Positions 37,270 to 47,276 are shown, numbered from the stretch's first letter. The stretch: 64,000 nucleotides of DNA from Gammaproteobacteria bacterium (GCA_965242685.1 OZ251487.1:1617495-1681494); one strand, 5' to 3'. A program made the numbers and translations. Notes: a model not told the origin generated them from the letters alone.

Positions 37270-38174
37270 AGTTAAATGATTCTTGCTTCGACAAGTTAGA
37301 GGAACAGCTATCAGAGATAGGCGGTAAAAAGGGGACGCATACTTTTGATAACCCTATGGAACCGCTACGTGAAATTAAGCGGAAGTTAGAAACGTCGGGG
37401 ATAGAGGTAGAACGTGACGATATTCAGAGCGTAGGTTCTTTCTTAACCTACAAGGGCGAAATTCTCGCAATCTTGTACATTCTGAATTCTCATAGTTCCT
37501 CGCAGACACTATTGAATAATGACCCGACCCAGTCTACACCAAAGTTCCATTTCACGTGGTGTAAAACGCTAGACGAGATGACGAGGAAGGGGCGTTTTGC
37601 TCGTTACGTACTGTCCAGGTCTAAATCAAATCGGTTTCGTGTTGAAGCACTCGAGCGTGAACCAGCGGATATTAAGATTCATGGCGAGAGGCACATGTTG
37701 GAAACCGTGCGGTTGTTTCCTTGCCAAAATTGTTTGAATGAACTCGGGTATCGCGGATTTCATTTCAAGCAAGCAAAGCAAGATCGACTGCGGCAGGTTG
37801 ATAAATTTTCGATCCAAGAGTATTTGGATGAAAATGACGGTCTGTTGACTGTCATGAAACACCTGCCAAAGACTATGGCGAAAGACGCGAAGAGTGGTGG
37901 GTATACTAAGGAGTTCTCTGAAATATCTCGTCGCTTGAGAGAACAGCACGGTTGGACCTGTACTAAATGTGGTGTTGATATGCGGCAAAAGAAAGCGGGT
38001 CTACATGTTCACCATATCAACGGCGTTAAAAGTGACAACAGATCGTCAAATCTACAAGTGCTTTGTGCACTTTGCCATAAAGGTATTGATGAGTTTCACA
38101 AAACGATGGATGTGAATCCTGATATTGAGCGATACATTAAGACCCACAGACCTCAAATGAACACTGCGGCGTGA
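37266..38174 (+). CDS. zorE: HNH endonuclease, ZorE-like effector
   Basis: CTKC...LHVHHINGVKSDNRSSNLQVLCALCH HNH motif; upstream KFHFTWC and CQNC; overlaps the zorB stop. Confidence 0.78.
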   Translation: MKLNDSCFDKLEEQLSEIGGKKGTHTFDNPMEPLREIKRKLETSGIEVERDDIQSVGSFLTYKGEILAILYILNSHSSSQTLLNNDPTQSTPKFHFTWCKTLDEMTRKGRFARYVLSRSKSNRFRVEALEREPADIKIHGERHMLETVRLFPCQNCLNELGYRGFHFKQAKQDRLRQVDKFSIQEYLDENDGLLTVMKHLPKTMAKDAKSGGYTKEFSEISRRLREQHGWTCTKCGVDMRQKKAGLHVHHINGVKSDNRSSNLQVLCALCHKGIDEFHKTMDVNPDIERYIKTHRPQMNTAA

Positions 38175-38226
38175 AATTAGTGACACGTAATCAAACAAAA
38201 CAAGTTCTTTTGTTAAGGACACGGAA

Positions 38227-38595
38227 ATGAAAAAGTTAATTTTACTGGCATTACCATTATTAATATGGGGCTGTGCTTCAATTACAAATGATGCGTACGT
38301 ACCGGTTTCGCTTTCCTTTAGCGATGGGAGTGAAGGGGAATGTCAATTAGAGAATAAGCGGTATGCTAAAACGGTACGTGTACCGGGGACTCCTATGGTG
38401 AGGAGATCTGATGATGTTCTTAAGTTTAGGTGTAAGACTGACGATGGCAAAGAGGCATTTGGTTCTATACCAAGCACGGTAGGTGGAAAGATAATAGCCA
38501 GTGCAGTGTTCCTTGATCTTGGAATAACGGATGCGATTACAGATAAACATAGGGAATACCCCGCCAGCTATGTTATTCCAGTAAAGTCAAAATAA
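38227..38595 (+). CDS. Uncharacterised lipoprotein
   Basis: Signal peptide MKKLILLALPLLIWG-C with lipobox; two further Cys; C-terminal glycine-rich hydrophobic segment. Confidence 0.75.
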   Translation: MKKLILLALPLLIWGCASITNDAYVPVSLSFSDGSEGECQLENKRYAKTVRVPGTPMVRRSDDVLKFRCKTDDGKEAFGSIPSTVGGKIIASAVFLDLGITDAITDKHREYPASYVIPVKSK

Positions 38596-38705
38596 GTAAA
38601 GTGGAATAATCGCCTTATAACCCGTCAACCAAGCTATATATCTTGGCCACCGCCGGTCTTTTCTGTTATAAATAAACCTTATCGTTTCGGTTGTAATGAT
38701 TAACT

Positions 38706-39611
38706 TTGAAGATGGCAAAGCTGCCCACCGTCAAGCAACTGCGCTATCTGGTCGCGCTGGACAAGCATCTCCATTTCGGCAGGGCGGCGGCCGCGTGTTT
38801 CGTCACGCAATCGGCCTTCAGCATCGCCATTAAGGAACTTGAAGCATCGCTCGGCGTTTCCCTGGCGGAGCGCACCAATCGCCGCGTGGTGATGACCTCT
38901 ACAGGCCGGCTGATCGCACACCGGGCGCGCCTGACGCTGTTTGATCTGGAAGGCATCGTCGATATTGCAAAAACCGTGCAAGAACCGTTAAGCGGCGTCT
39001 TGAGGGTGGGCGTGATTCCGACGGTCGCGCCGTTCCTGCTACCAAAAATTCTACCGCATATTCGCAGGCGTTTTCCCAAACTGGACATCTACCTGAAGGA
39101 AGAACAAACCGGCAATATTCACCGGCTGCTGCTGGCGGGGGAGCTGGACGTGTTACTGCTGGCGTTGCCGTATGAATTGACCGATACGGAGACGATCTCC
39201 ATGTTCAATGACCCGTTCAAGCTGGCGTACAAAAAGGGGACTTCGCTGTTTGGCCCGCATAGTTTCTCCCCGGACGGATTAAAAGAAGGGTCAATTTTGC
39301 TGCTTGAGGAAGGGCATTGCCTTCGCGGACACGTTTTGCGCGCGTGCAACGTCTGGCACGTGGATAAGCTAAACCGATTTTCCGCAGGCAGTTTGCACAG
39401 CCTGATACAGATGGTGGCCGCCGATCTCGGCGTTACTTTTGTTCCACAGATGGCGGTGGACGGCGGCCTGTTGAGAAATACCGACGTACAAGTCGGGGAT
39501 TTGAGAGACGGTTGTTATCGGGAGATTGGTCTGGCCTGGCGCAAGTCCAGCGTTAGGAAGCCGGAATTCAAGTTGCTGGCCGATACGATTTCGGCTTATG
39601 TGAAAGGGTAG
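38706..39611 (+). CDS. oxyR: LysR family H2O2-inducible regulator OxyR (probable start at ATG 38712)
   Basis: LysR HTH; GVIPTVAPFLLP; redox Cys pair in LLEEGHCLRGHVLRAC. Confidence 0.85.
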   Translation: MKMAKLPTVKQLRYLVALDKHLHFGRAAAACFVTQSAFSIAIKELEASLGVSLAERTNRRVVMTSTGRLIAHRARLTLFDLEGIVDIAKTVQEPLSGVLRVGVIPTVAPFLLPKILPHIRRRFPKLDIYLKEEQTGNIHRLLLAGELDVLLLALPYELTDTETISMFNDPFKLAYKKGTSLFGPHSFSPDGLKEGSILLLEEGHCLRGHVLRACNVWHVDKLNRFSAGSLHSLIQMVAADLGVTFVPQMAVDGGLLRNTDVQVGDLRDGCYREIGLAWRKSSVRKPEFKLLADTISAYVKG

Positions 39612-39675
39612 AAGGTTTTTAAGATTTGTCGCCAGGGTTTATAGTGACGATGACACGTTCATCGAGAGGAGGGTT

Positions 39676-40479
39676 ATGTTGGATTATCTGCATCACCATG
39701 AGGCCTTGATTCGTTTGATCTGCTTCGCGTTGGTGTTTGCCGTTTTTGCAACCTGGGAAGGGTTGAGGCCGCGTCGTGCCCGGCGTTACTCGAAAGGCGT
39801 GCGCTGGTTGAATAACCTCGGTATCGTGTTGCTGGATGTGCTTGTCGTGCGGCTGGCTGTTCCCCTGACGGTGGTTGCGGTAGCGGCGGTGGCACAACAG
39901 CAAAACCTGGGGCTTCTTCATGCCTTGCAGATGCCGGCGTGGCTGTCCATCGTGGTCGCCGTGTTGGTCATGGATGCCGCGCTTTATTTCCAGCACCTGG
40001 CTTTTCATCACGTCCCTTTTCTGTGGCGGCTGCATCGTATGCACCATGCCGATCTGGATTTTGACGTGACCACGGGGATACGCTTTCACCCGCTTGAGAT
40101 ACTGCTGTCACTGATCATAAAGATGGCGGTTGTGCTGATGCTTGGGGCACCGGTTGCGGCCGTTGTTATCTTTGAGGTGTTGTTGAATGCGACTTCCCTG
40201 TTCAACCACGCCAATATCCGTATTCCCGAGAGAGTGGACAGGGTACTGCGGCGCTTTTTGGTGACCCCGGACATGCACCGCGTGCATCATTCCATCGTGA
40301 TGTACGAAACTAACAGCAACTTCGGGTTTAATTTGCCGTGGTGGGATTATCTGTTCAGGACCTACCGTGCCCAGCCCGGCGCCGGTCATGCGGACATGAC
40401 GATAGGGATCGAGCTTTTTCGTACCGAACGCGATCTCTGGCTTGACTGCTTGTTGATACAGCCGTTCAGAAATAAGTAG
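39676..40479 (+). CDS. Sterol desaturase / fatty acid hydroxylase family protein
   Basis: His boxes HLAFH, HRMHH, FNHAN, HRVHH; NSNFGFNLPWWD. Confidence 0.88.
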   Translation: MLDYLHHHEALIRLICFALVFAVFATWEGLRPRRARRYSKGVRWLNNLGIVLLDVLVVRLAVPLTVVAVAAVAQQQNLGLLHALQMPAWLSIVVAVLVMDAALYFQHLAFHHVPFLWRLHRMHHADLDFDVTTGIRFHPLEILLSLIIKMAVVLMLGAPVAAVVIFEVLLNATSLFNHANIRIPERVDRVLRRFLVTPDMHRVHHSIVMYETNSNFGFNLPWWDYLFRTYRAQPGAGHADMTIGIELFRTERDLWLDCLLIQPFRNK

Positions 40480-40728
40480 TTGTTTCGGTCGTTGGTTGTA
40501 GTGCCGGGGCGGGGTGAAAGGATTTAGATTTGCCGTAGTAGAAATTCCAATATGGGTGAAAATGTCCCAAGAAACAGGTAGATTTTCGAGCGGCGGGCGG
40601 CGGTGCGGTACTTTCCGATCTGTTTGCCGAAGCCGATGCCTCAAACGCGCGCGGCTGTCGCGGGTAATTTTGGTTGGCAGGGGTGGTGAATTTGGTAGGG
40701 TGGCAGATTTTGGTAAGGTGGTAGATTT

Positions 40729-40804
<76 letters not shown>

Positions 40805-40851
40805 GCATAGCGGGATGACGGCGCGTTGTGAAAAGGGTTGTATGAATCGGC

Positions 40852-41277
40852 CTAGCGACGATGCACGCGAATGATTACGTCTACTTCATCAAGCTGGGTA
40901 TCGTCTGCCAATTTGGGCAACCTGCTAATCTCGACCTGCTCGGCGGCAATGTCTTCCAGCTCTCCACTGTCTGAATAATACAGGTGGTGGTGTTTTGCCA
41001 AGTTGGAGTCGTAAAAAACCCGCGACGGATCAACGATCACTTCACGCACCAGCCCGTGCTTCGCAAACAGCCCGAGGGTATTGTAGACAGTCGCCTTGGA
41101 GACCTCTTCCCTATCCTGACGCATGGCGGCTAAAACTTGCTCGGCCGACACGTGTTGAGGGCGCGAAAACAGCGTCTCCCCAATTTTTATCCGTTGGCAA
41201 GTCGGGGTAATGCCGGCTTCGTGCAGCATGGCCACCACGTCACTTCGTGACTTTGGGAATGAATGTAAACTTTCCAT
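40852..41277 (-). CDS. Fur family transcriptional regulator (Irr/PerR-like)
   Basis: HVSAEQV, VSKATVYNTL, YDSNLAKHHHLY; no C-terminal CxxC. Confidence 0.88.
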   Translation of the reverse strand: MESLHSFPKSRSDVVAMLHEAGITPTCQRIKIGETLFSRPQHVSAEQVLAAMRQDREEVSKATVYNTLGLFAKHGLVREVIVDPSRVFYDSNLAKHHHLYYSDSGELEDIAAEQVEISRLPKLADDTQLDEVDVIIRVHRR

Positions 41278-41334
41278 GTGCCTGATTATACCCGTAATTG
41301 AAATAAAAATCGTTCCGCTTTTTGACGGGGTTAT

Positions 41335-42447
41335 TTACGCCGCCTCATAGGCGTAAGGCGCCGCTTGGGCGGTATCGACCTTACCGGTAATCAGACCGGC
41401 GAGCAGGCCGGCGGATGCAAGACTCATCGCAATGCCGTTGCGGAAGTGGCCGCCGTTGAAATAAAGGCCCGAAATTTCCGGATGCTCGCAAATGTAGGGC
41501 GTTGCACGCGAGGTGCCGGGGCGCAATGCCGCCCATTGTCGCAATGGCTTGATGCCCTTTAGTCCGGGGCAGAGTTCATGTGCCTGTGCGTGAAGATGAT
41601 CGGCCGCCTGTCGGGTAATTTTGTTTTCAAAGCCGACGTGTTCCAGCGTGCTGCCACAGAGTACAAGGCCGTCCTTACGCGGGATCAGGTATGTTTCCTT
41701 TCTTACCAGAATATGCGAAAGCAGGCGATCTTGCGGTTTGTACAACAGCATCTGCCCTCGCACGGGCACGATATCCGTTGCCTTATCGGTATGCGTCCTC
41801 AATAGCGTTGCCGTCCAGGCACCGCAACAGATCACTACTTTGTCTGCAAGCAAGTTTGTGCGTGAGGTCACGACACCCCGCACTTGGTTTGATCGTAGCG
41901 ATAGCCTTTGCACGGCAAGCTGCTCCAGAATGGTAACGCCGCATTGGCGTAGGGATTTCTTAAGCGCCTGTACGAGGCATGGAGGCCGTACCTGCCCGAC
42001 CTCGGGCAAATACAATATCTCGTGAAAATCGCGCGCCAGCATCGGTTCAAGTTCGGCTGATCGCCGCAAGGTTGCAACCTCAAGCGGCTCATCGTTCTCT
42101 TTTGCCCATCGTATCGCCCGATCTTTCTCGTCGGCATCCAAAACGATCATTCCGGAGCGCATGACCTCCGAATCTATCCCCGTTTCCTGTTGCAGCTCTT
42201 TTGCGAAGGCGGGGAATCGTCGCCGGCTTGCCGCGATCAGTGCCTGTGCGGGGGGAGACGGCCGCCATGGATGCAGCGCCGCCAGAATCCCGCCCGCCGC
42301 CCAGGTTGCCTTTGCACCGAGGGCGTCTTTTTCCAGGATTGCGACCCGTAAGCCGGCAAGATACAACTCGCGAGCGGTGAGCATGCCCATAATACCGCCG
42401 CCGATCACCAGGGCGTCATAGCTTGCATGTGGAGCGACGGCATTCAC
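41335..42447 (-). CDS. thiO: Glycine oxidase ThiO (FAD-dependent)
   Basis: VIGGGIMG, TWAAGGIL, PVRGQM, LRPG, GHFRNGI; start moved to GTG 42447 because the longer ORF overlaps the tRNA. Confidence 0.85.
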   Translation of the reverse strand: MNAVAPHASYDALVIGGGIMGMLTARELYLAGLRVAILEKDALGAKATWAAGGILAALHPWRPSPPAQALIAASRRRFPAFAKELQQETGIDSEVMRSGMIVLDADEKDRAIRWAKENDEPLEVATLRRSAELEPMLARDFHEILYLPEVGQVRPPCLVQALKKSLRQCGVTILEQLAVQRLSLRSNQVRGVVTSRTNLLADKVVICCGAWTATLLRTHTDKATDIVPVRGQMLLYKPQDRLLSHILVRKETYLIPRKDGLVLCGSTLEHVGFENKITRQAADHLHAQAHELCPGLKGIKPLRQWAALRPGTSRATPYICEHPEISGLYFNGGHFRNGIAMSLASAGLLAGLITGKVDTAQAAPYAYEAA

Positions 42448-42500
42448 AGTGTTAATGCTGTTTTGCGAGCTTGGATGAAACTGTATATAACCCTCAACAC

Positions 42501-42574
42501 TGGAGCGGGTGATGGGAATCGAACCCACGTTCTCAGCTTGGGAAGCTGATGTTCTACCATTGAACTACACCCGC
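42501..42574 (-). tRNA. tRNA-Gly (CCC)
   Basis: GCGGGTGTAGTTCAATGGTAGAACATCAGCTTCCCAAGCTGAGAACGTGGGTTCGATTCCCATCACCCGCTCCA, 74 nt. Confidence 0.97.
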
Positions 42575-42677
42575 GGCAGACACCTATTTTAACGGCTGGA
42601 GCGGTGCTATGCCATTGTCTCTACCATAGAGTAATGTAAAATATCCGGCGAGCCATGCCCGAACGCTTGCGGCGAAC

Positions 42678-42878
42678 GTGAAAATAACGGTAAACGGAAA
42701 ACAAACCCAAGTGATGAACGGTCTCACCGCCGATATGCTGCTTGAGCAGCTTGGCCTGGCCGGACAAAGAATTGCATTGGAGATCAACCGGGAAGTCGTT
42801 CCGCGCAGCGCATTGTCTCAACGCGTGCTGCAAGCGTATGACCATGTAGAGATCATTCATGCGGTCGGTGGCGGGTAA
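42678..42878 (+). CDS. thiS: Sulfur carrier protein ThiS
   Basis: 66 aa, MKITVNG start, EINREVVPRS, C-terminal AVGGG. Confidence 0.95.
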   Translation: MKITVNGKQTQVMNGLTADMLLEQLGLAGQRIALEINREVVPRSALSQRVLQAYDHVEIIHAVGGG

Positions 42879-43023
42879 CCGAAGAACCGCATGACTTAAC
42901 CCTGAATCCATAGAAAAGCTTGGGTGACTGAAAGCCGTGCCATGCAGGAATACAGGCTGTATGCAATACTTCCATAAATCAACTCGGCCTTGTCGTTGAA
43001 CCGTGCAGCTTGTCAGGCACTAC

Positions 43024-45049
43024 ATGAAAAGCCGACTGATACCCGATATTGACCCCCCCCCCCCCCCCCCGCAGTTTCTCGCTAGGTAGTACGGGACGTT
43101 TCCCGGCCTCTCGCGGGGCCTGGGTGGTCGTCCTCACCCTCTTTTTGTTGGCGGCCCTTGCCGTATTCGACGATTATGGCGTGTTTTGGGATGGACCTAC
43201 ACACAGATTTCTCGCCGAAAAAAATCTCGATTACATACTGGGAAATTCAGACACCTTTCCTCCAACAAGACAGGATGCGTTTTACGGTGCCGCCTTTGAC
43301 TTATCGCTCTTGCTGGTGGAACGCCTCCTTGGACTGGAAGATACCCGTACCATCTATCTCAGCCGTCATCTCCTGACCCACCTGTTCTTCCTGTTGGGTG
43401 GGGTCTGCTGTTACCTGTTGGCCATGCGCCTGTTCAATAATCGCCTGCTGGCCCTGGCCGCCATGCTGCTGTTCCTGTTACACCCCCGACTCTATGCTCA
43501 TTCCTTCTTCAACAGCAAGGATATTCCTTTCTTTAGTATGTTTATGATTACCCTGTTGTTGATTCATCGCGCCTTTGCTCTCAACACCGTGCGGGCGTTT
43601 TTGTTATGCGGTGCGGCGGTGGCGGTGCTGATCAATCTTCGGGTCATGGGCGTCATGCTGTTGCTTGCGGTGATGGGGATGCGGGGCTTGGATGTTTGGT
43701 ATGCCGAAGGCAGGCAGGAACGCATACGGGTGCTCAAGACCCTCGGCGGCTTCATACTGAGCAGCGTACTGGTGTTGTATGCCATCTGGCCGTACTTGTG
43801 GGAAGACCCGCTCGGGCGGTTGGTGGAGGCCGTTACCACCGCTTCTCATATCCTTCACGAGCAACCCGAGCTGTTCAAGGGAACCTTTTTCAGGCCTGCT
43901 GACCCTTCATGGGACTACCTTCCCACCTGGTTTTTGATCACGACGCCGTGGGTTACGCTATTGCTTGGTCTGGCAGGCATGATTGCGGTGGGGTATCGGG
44001 GTCTCACCCAACCAAGCAGTATATTGCGCAACACGCCGTTGCGCTTTCAGTTGTTATTGTTGATCTGTTTCATGTTGCCCATATTGGCCGTCATCGTTCT
44101 CAGGCCTACACTTTACAGCGACTGGCGACACATGTACTTTCTGTATGCGCCGTTTTGTCTGTTGGCGGCATTCGGTTTACATTGGCTGGTATCTTTTTAT
44201 AGGAAAAAATACTGGCAGGTCGGCGTCTATGCCCTGACGGGGGTTGGCCTGATCATGGTGGTCATCGAAGTAGTGCAGATTCATCCTTATCAAAATCTAT
44301 ACTTCAATGCCCTGGTAGACCGTCACACGCCAGAGTATCTGTTCACGCAATACGAGGTGGACTATTGGGGTACCTCCCGTCGTCAAGGACTGGAATATCT
44401 GCTGGAACGCTATCCCGACTCGCCCGTCCATGTTTCCGGGCGAGTTAGTTGGATCACACGAAATAGAACAATTCTTTCCGCAGCAGAACGAAAACGGGTG
44501 AAGATTACAGCACAGGGTGATTTTTACCTCGACGATCACCGCCGAGATGTTTGGAAAGGAAAAAAACCGGTTATCTTCAATTCTATCTATACGATCAAGG
44601 TCTACAATAACACTGTTCTTGCTGTGCAGACTACGGATTTGGCGTTGTTGGATGAGTCCGATCAAGCCTTCTATAGGGGCATCTACCACAAGACAAAGAC
44701 CCGTGAGTCGTTGGTTCGTTCCTTCTTTGACGTATACAGATACGAGAACAGGCTAGTCTACCTCCGGGAATCCTGTAACCCGAACGACCTGCGGGCACCC
44801 TTTTTCTTACACGTCTTTCCGGTCAACGAAGCAGACCTCCCCGATCTTTACGAGCATCTTAAAGAACACAAAAGACCAAAGGGCTTTGAAAACCTGGATT
44901 TTCTTTTTCCCAAACAAGGGGTACGCTTTGACGGAAAATGTATGGCGGTCGTACCGTTGCCCGAATATGAAATCAACTCGATCCACACCGGACAGTTCAC
45001 TAGAAAAGGCAGGGTTTGGGAAAGGAAATTTTCTCTTAAACAAGACTGA
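43024..45049 (+). CDS. GT-C (ArnT/PMT-like) membrane glycosyltransferase, array copy 1; frameshifted at the poly-C tract relative to ATG 43024 (phase OFF or homopolymer error)
   Basis: Same 5' sequence as copy 2 but C18 instead of C20; the ATG frame stops at TAG 43087-43089; the body ORF 43049-45049 has many TM helices, DDYGVFWD, HPRLYAHSFFNSKDIPF, DYWG. Confidence 0.75.
43053..43070 (+). repeat. Poly-C homopolymer (C18) in the 5' coding region of copy 1
   Basis: GATATTGA-C18-GCAGTTTCTC. Confidence 0.9.
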
Positions 45050-45121
45050 AACCCCTATCATGTCTTCCCGCGGTATGTTCTGATAAACTATGACGTTATA
45101 ACGCCTACTCTCAGGCACCGC

Positions 45122-47143
45122 ATGAAAAGCCGACTGATACCCGATATTGACCCCCCCCCCCCCCCCCCCCGCAGTTTCTCGCTAGGTAGTACGGGACGTT
45201 TCCCGGTCTCTTGTGGGGCGTGGGTGGTCGTCATTTCACTCTTTCTGTTGGCCGGCATCGCCGTACTCGACGATTATGGCGTGGCATGGGATGACCCTCT
45301 ACAAAGGAGGCATACCGAAGAGAACTTGGATTACATCTTGGGAGACCGGGATGCAATCTCCGCAACAGAATACAAGTTTTACGGCGTCGCCTTTGAACTC
45401 CCCCTGCTGCTGGCCGAGCGGGGCTTGGGACTGGAAGACACTCGTAGCATCTATCTCAGCCGTCATCTCCTAACCTACCTGTTCTTCCTGTTGGGCGCGG
45501 CCTGCTGTTACCTGTTGGCCGTGCGCCTGTTCAACAACCGTCTGCTGGCCCTGGCCGCCATGCTGCTGTTCCTTCTACATCCCCGACTCTATGCCCATTC
45601 CTTCTTTAACAGCAAGGATATTCCTTTCTTTAGTATGTTTATGATTTCCTTGTTGCTGATTCATCGCGCCTTTGCTCTCAACACCGTGCGGGCGTTTTTG
45701 TTATGTGGTGCGGCGGTGGCGGTACTGATCAACCTTCGGGTGATGGGCGTCATGCTGTTGCTTGCGGTGGTGGGGATGCGGGGCTTGGACTTGTTGTATG
45801 CCACAAGCCGGGAAGAACAGAAACATATTCTGAAGACCGGCGGGGTTTTCATACTGAGCAGCGTCCTTACCTTGTATGCCATTTGGCCGTACTTGTGGGA
45901 AGACCCGCTCGGGCGGTTGGTGGAGGCCATTACCGCCGCTTCCCGCTTTCCTTACGGTCTTCCTATAGCATTTAAGGGAGAGTCTTTCGGTAATACCAAT
46001 CTTCCCTGGGACTATCTTCCCACCTGGTTTTTGATCACGACGCCGTGGGTGGCGTTGTTGTTGGGGTTGATCGGTATCGTCCTGGTATTGGGTCGCGGCA
46101 TCCTTCGGCCGGGAGATATAGTGCGCAATACACCACTGCGCTTTCAATGGTTATTGCTGGCCTGTTTTGTGTTGCCCATACTGGCCGTCATTGTTCTCAA
46201 TTCCGTACTTTACGATGGCTGGCGACATATGTACTTCATCTATGCGCCGTTCTGTCTGTTGGCGGCATTCGGTCTGAATCAACTGGTATCCCTTTCCAGG
46301 AAGACATACTGGGGAATCGGTATCTACGCCCTGACGGGAATTGGCCTGTTCGTGGTGGTCATAGAAATGGCGCAGATTCATCCTTATCAACAGTTATATT
46401 TCAATGCCCTGGTAGACCGTCACACACCGGAATACTTACGCACCCAATACGAGATGGACTATTTCGGAGTTTCATACAGCAAGGGGCTGGAATACCTGCT
46501 GGAACGCTATCCCGACTCGCCCGTCCATGTTTATGGAAAGATTGGCAAGATCAAACGAAATAGAGCCATCCTTCCCGCAACGGAGCGACAACGGGTGAAG
46601 ACAACACGGGGTGATTTCTACCTCCACGACTACCGCCAAGATATTTGGAAGGGAAAAAGCCCGGACATCTTCAACTCTATCTATACGATCAAGGTCTACA
46701 ACAACACTATTCTTGCTGTGCAGAGCATGGATTTGGCGTTGTTGGATGAGTCCGATCAAGTCTTCTATCGGGACACGTACCACAAGACAAAGACCCGTGA
46801 ACCGGTCACTCGTTCCGTCTTTGACGTGTACGTTGATCATGACAAGCTGGTTTATGTCAAGGAATTATGTGGCGGAGAAGACGTGTGGAAACCCTTTTTC
46901 GTACACGTCTTTCCGGTCAACAAAGCAGACCTTCCCGATTTTTACGAGTATCTCGCAGAACACAAAAGGCCAAAGGGCTTTGAAAACCTGGACTTTGGTT
47001 TTCCCAAACACGGGGTGCGCTTTGATGGAAAATGCGTGGCGGTCGTACCGTTGCCCGAATATGAAATCAACTCGATACGCACCGGACAATTCACGAACGA
47101 AGGCAAGGTTTGGGAAGGGAAGTTTTCTCTCAAACAAAACTGA
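45122..47143 (+). CDS. GT-C membrane glycosyltransferase, array copy 2 (in frame)
   Basis: 673 aa; DDYGVAWDDP, HSFFNSKDIPF, YDGWRHMYF; shared C-terminal Cys domain. Confidence 0.8.
   Translation: MKSRLIPDIDPPPPPPRSFSLGSTGRFPVSCGAWVVVISLFLLAGIAVLDDYGVAWDDPLQRRHTEENLDYILGDRDAISATEYKFYGVAFELPLLLAERGLGLEDTRSIYLSRHLLTYLFFLLGAACCYLLAVRLFNNRLLALAAMLLFLLHPRLYAHSFFNSKDIPFFSMFMISLLLIHRAFALNTVRAFLLCGAAVAVLINLRVMGVMLLLAVVGMRGLDLLYATSREEQKHILKTGGVFILSSVLTLYAIWPYLWEDPLGRLVEAITAASRFPYGLPIAFKGESFGNTNLPWDYLPTWFLITTPWVALLLGLIGIVLVLGRGILRPGDIVRNTPLRFQWLLLACFVLPILAVIVLNSVLYDGWRHMYFIYAPFCLLAAFGLNQLVSLSRKTYWGIGIYALTGIGLFVVVIEMAQIHPYQQLYFNALVDRHTPEYLRTQYEMDYFGVSYSKGLEYLLERYPDSPVHVYGKIGKIKRNRAILPATERQRVKTTRGDFYLHDYRQDIWKGKSPDIFNSIYTIKVYNNTILAVQSMDLALLDESDQVFYRDTYHKTKTREPVTRSVFDVYVDHDKLVYVKELCGGEDVWKPFFVHVFPVNKADLPDFYEYLAEHKRPKGFENLDFGFPKHGVRFDGKCVAVVPLPEYEINSIRTGQFTNEGKVWEGKFSLKQN
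45151..45170 (+). repeat. Poly-C homopolymer (C20) in the 5' coding region of copy 2
   Basis: GATATTGA-C20-GCAGTTTCTC, read as DPPPPPPR. Confidence 0.9.
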
Positions 47144-47276
47144 AGCATCAGACCAGCGTTTGCGGAAGCTATAACGTTTTCTCACGTTGTGTTCTGGTAA
47201 ACTGTGATGTTGCAATGCCTTTACTTTTGAGCCGTATAAAAGCGTCCAGCTACCAAACGATTGATACCTTTACCCT

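Larger units (their letters stand above)
34646..38660. mobile_element. AT-rich horizontally acquired islet at the glmS 3' end (no transposase or integrase seen; right boundary approximate)
   Basis: Abrupt composition shift after the glmS stop and return before oxyR; cargo is efflux, defence and a lipoprotein. Confidence 0.65.

Noticed and set aside
34646-38700. Intact Tn7-like transposon or integron at glmS
   Set aside because: No tnsA-E, transposase or intI gene; no recognisable terminal inverted repeats or target duplication; the SMR gene starts before the usual Tn7 insertion point
42448-42528. N-terminal extension of ThiO given by the ORF track
   Set aside because: It overlaps tRNA-Gly; the FAD-binding motif fits a start at GTG 42447
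42575-42677. TPP riboswitch near thiS/thiO
   Set aside because: No CTGAGA core or other TPP aptamer motif visible; the region is a short divergent promoter gap
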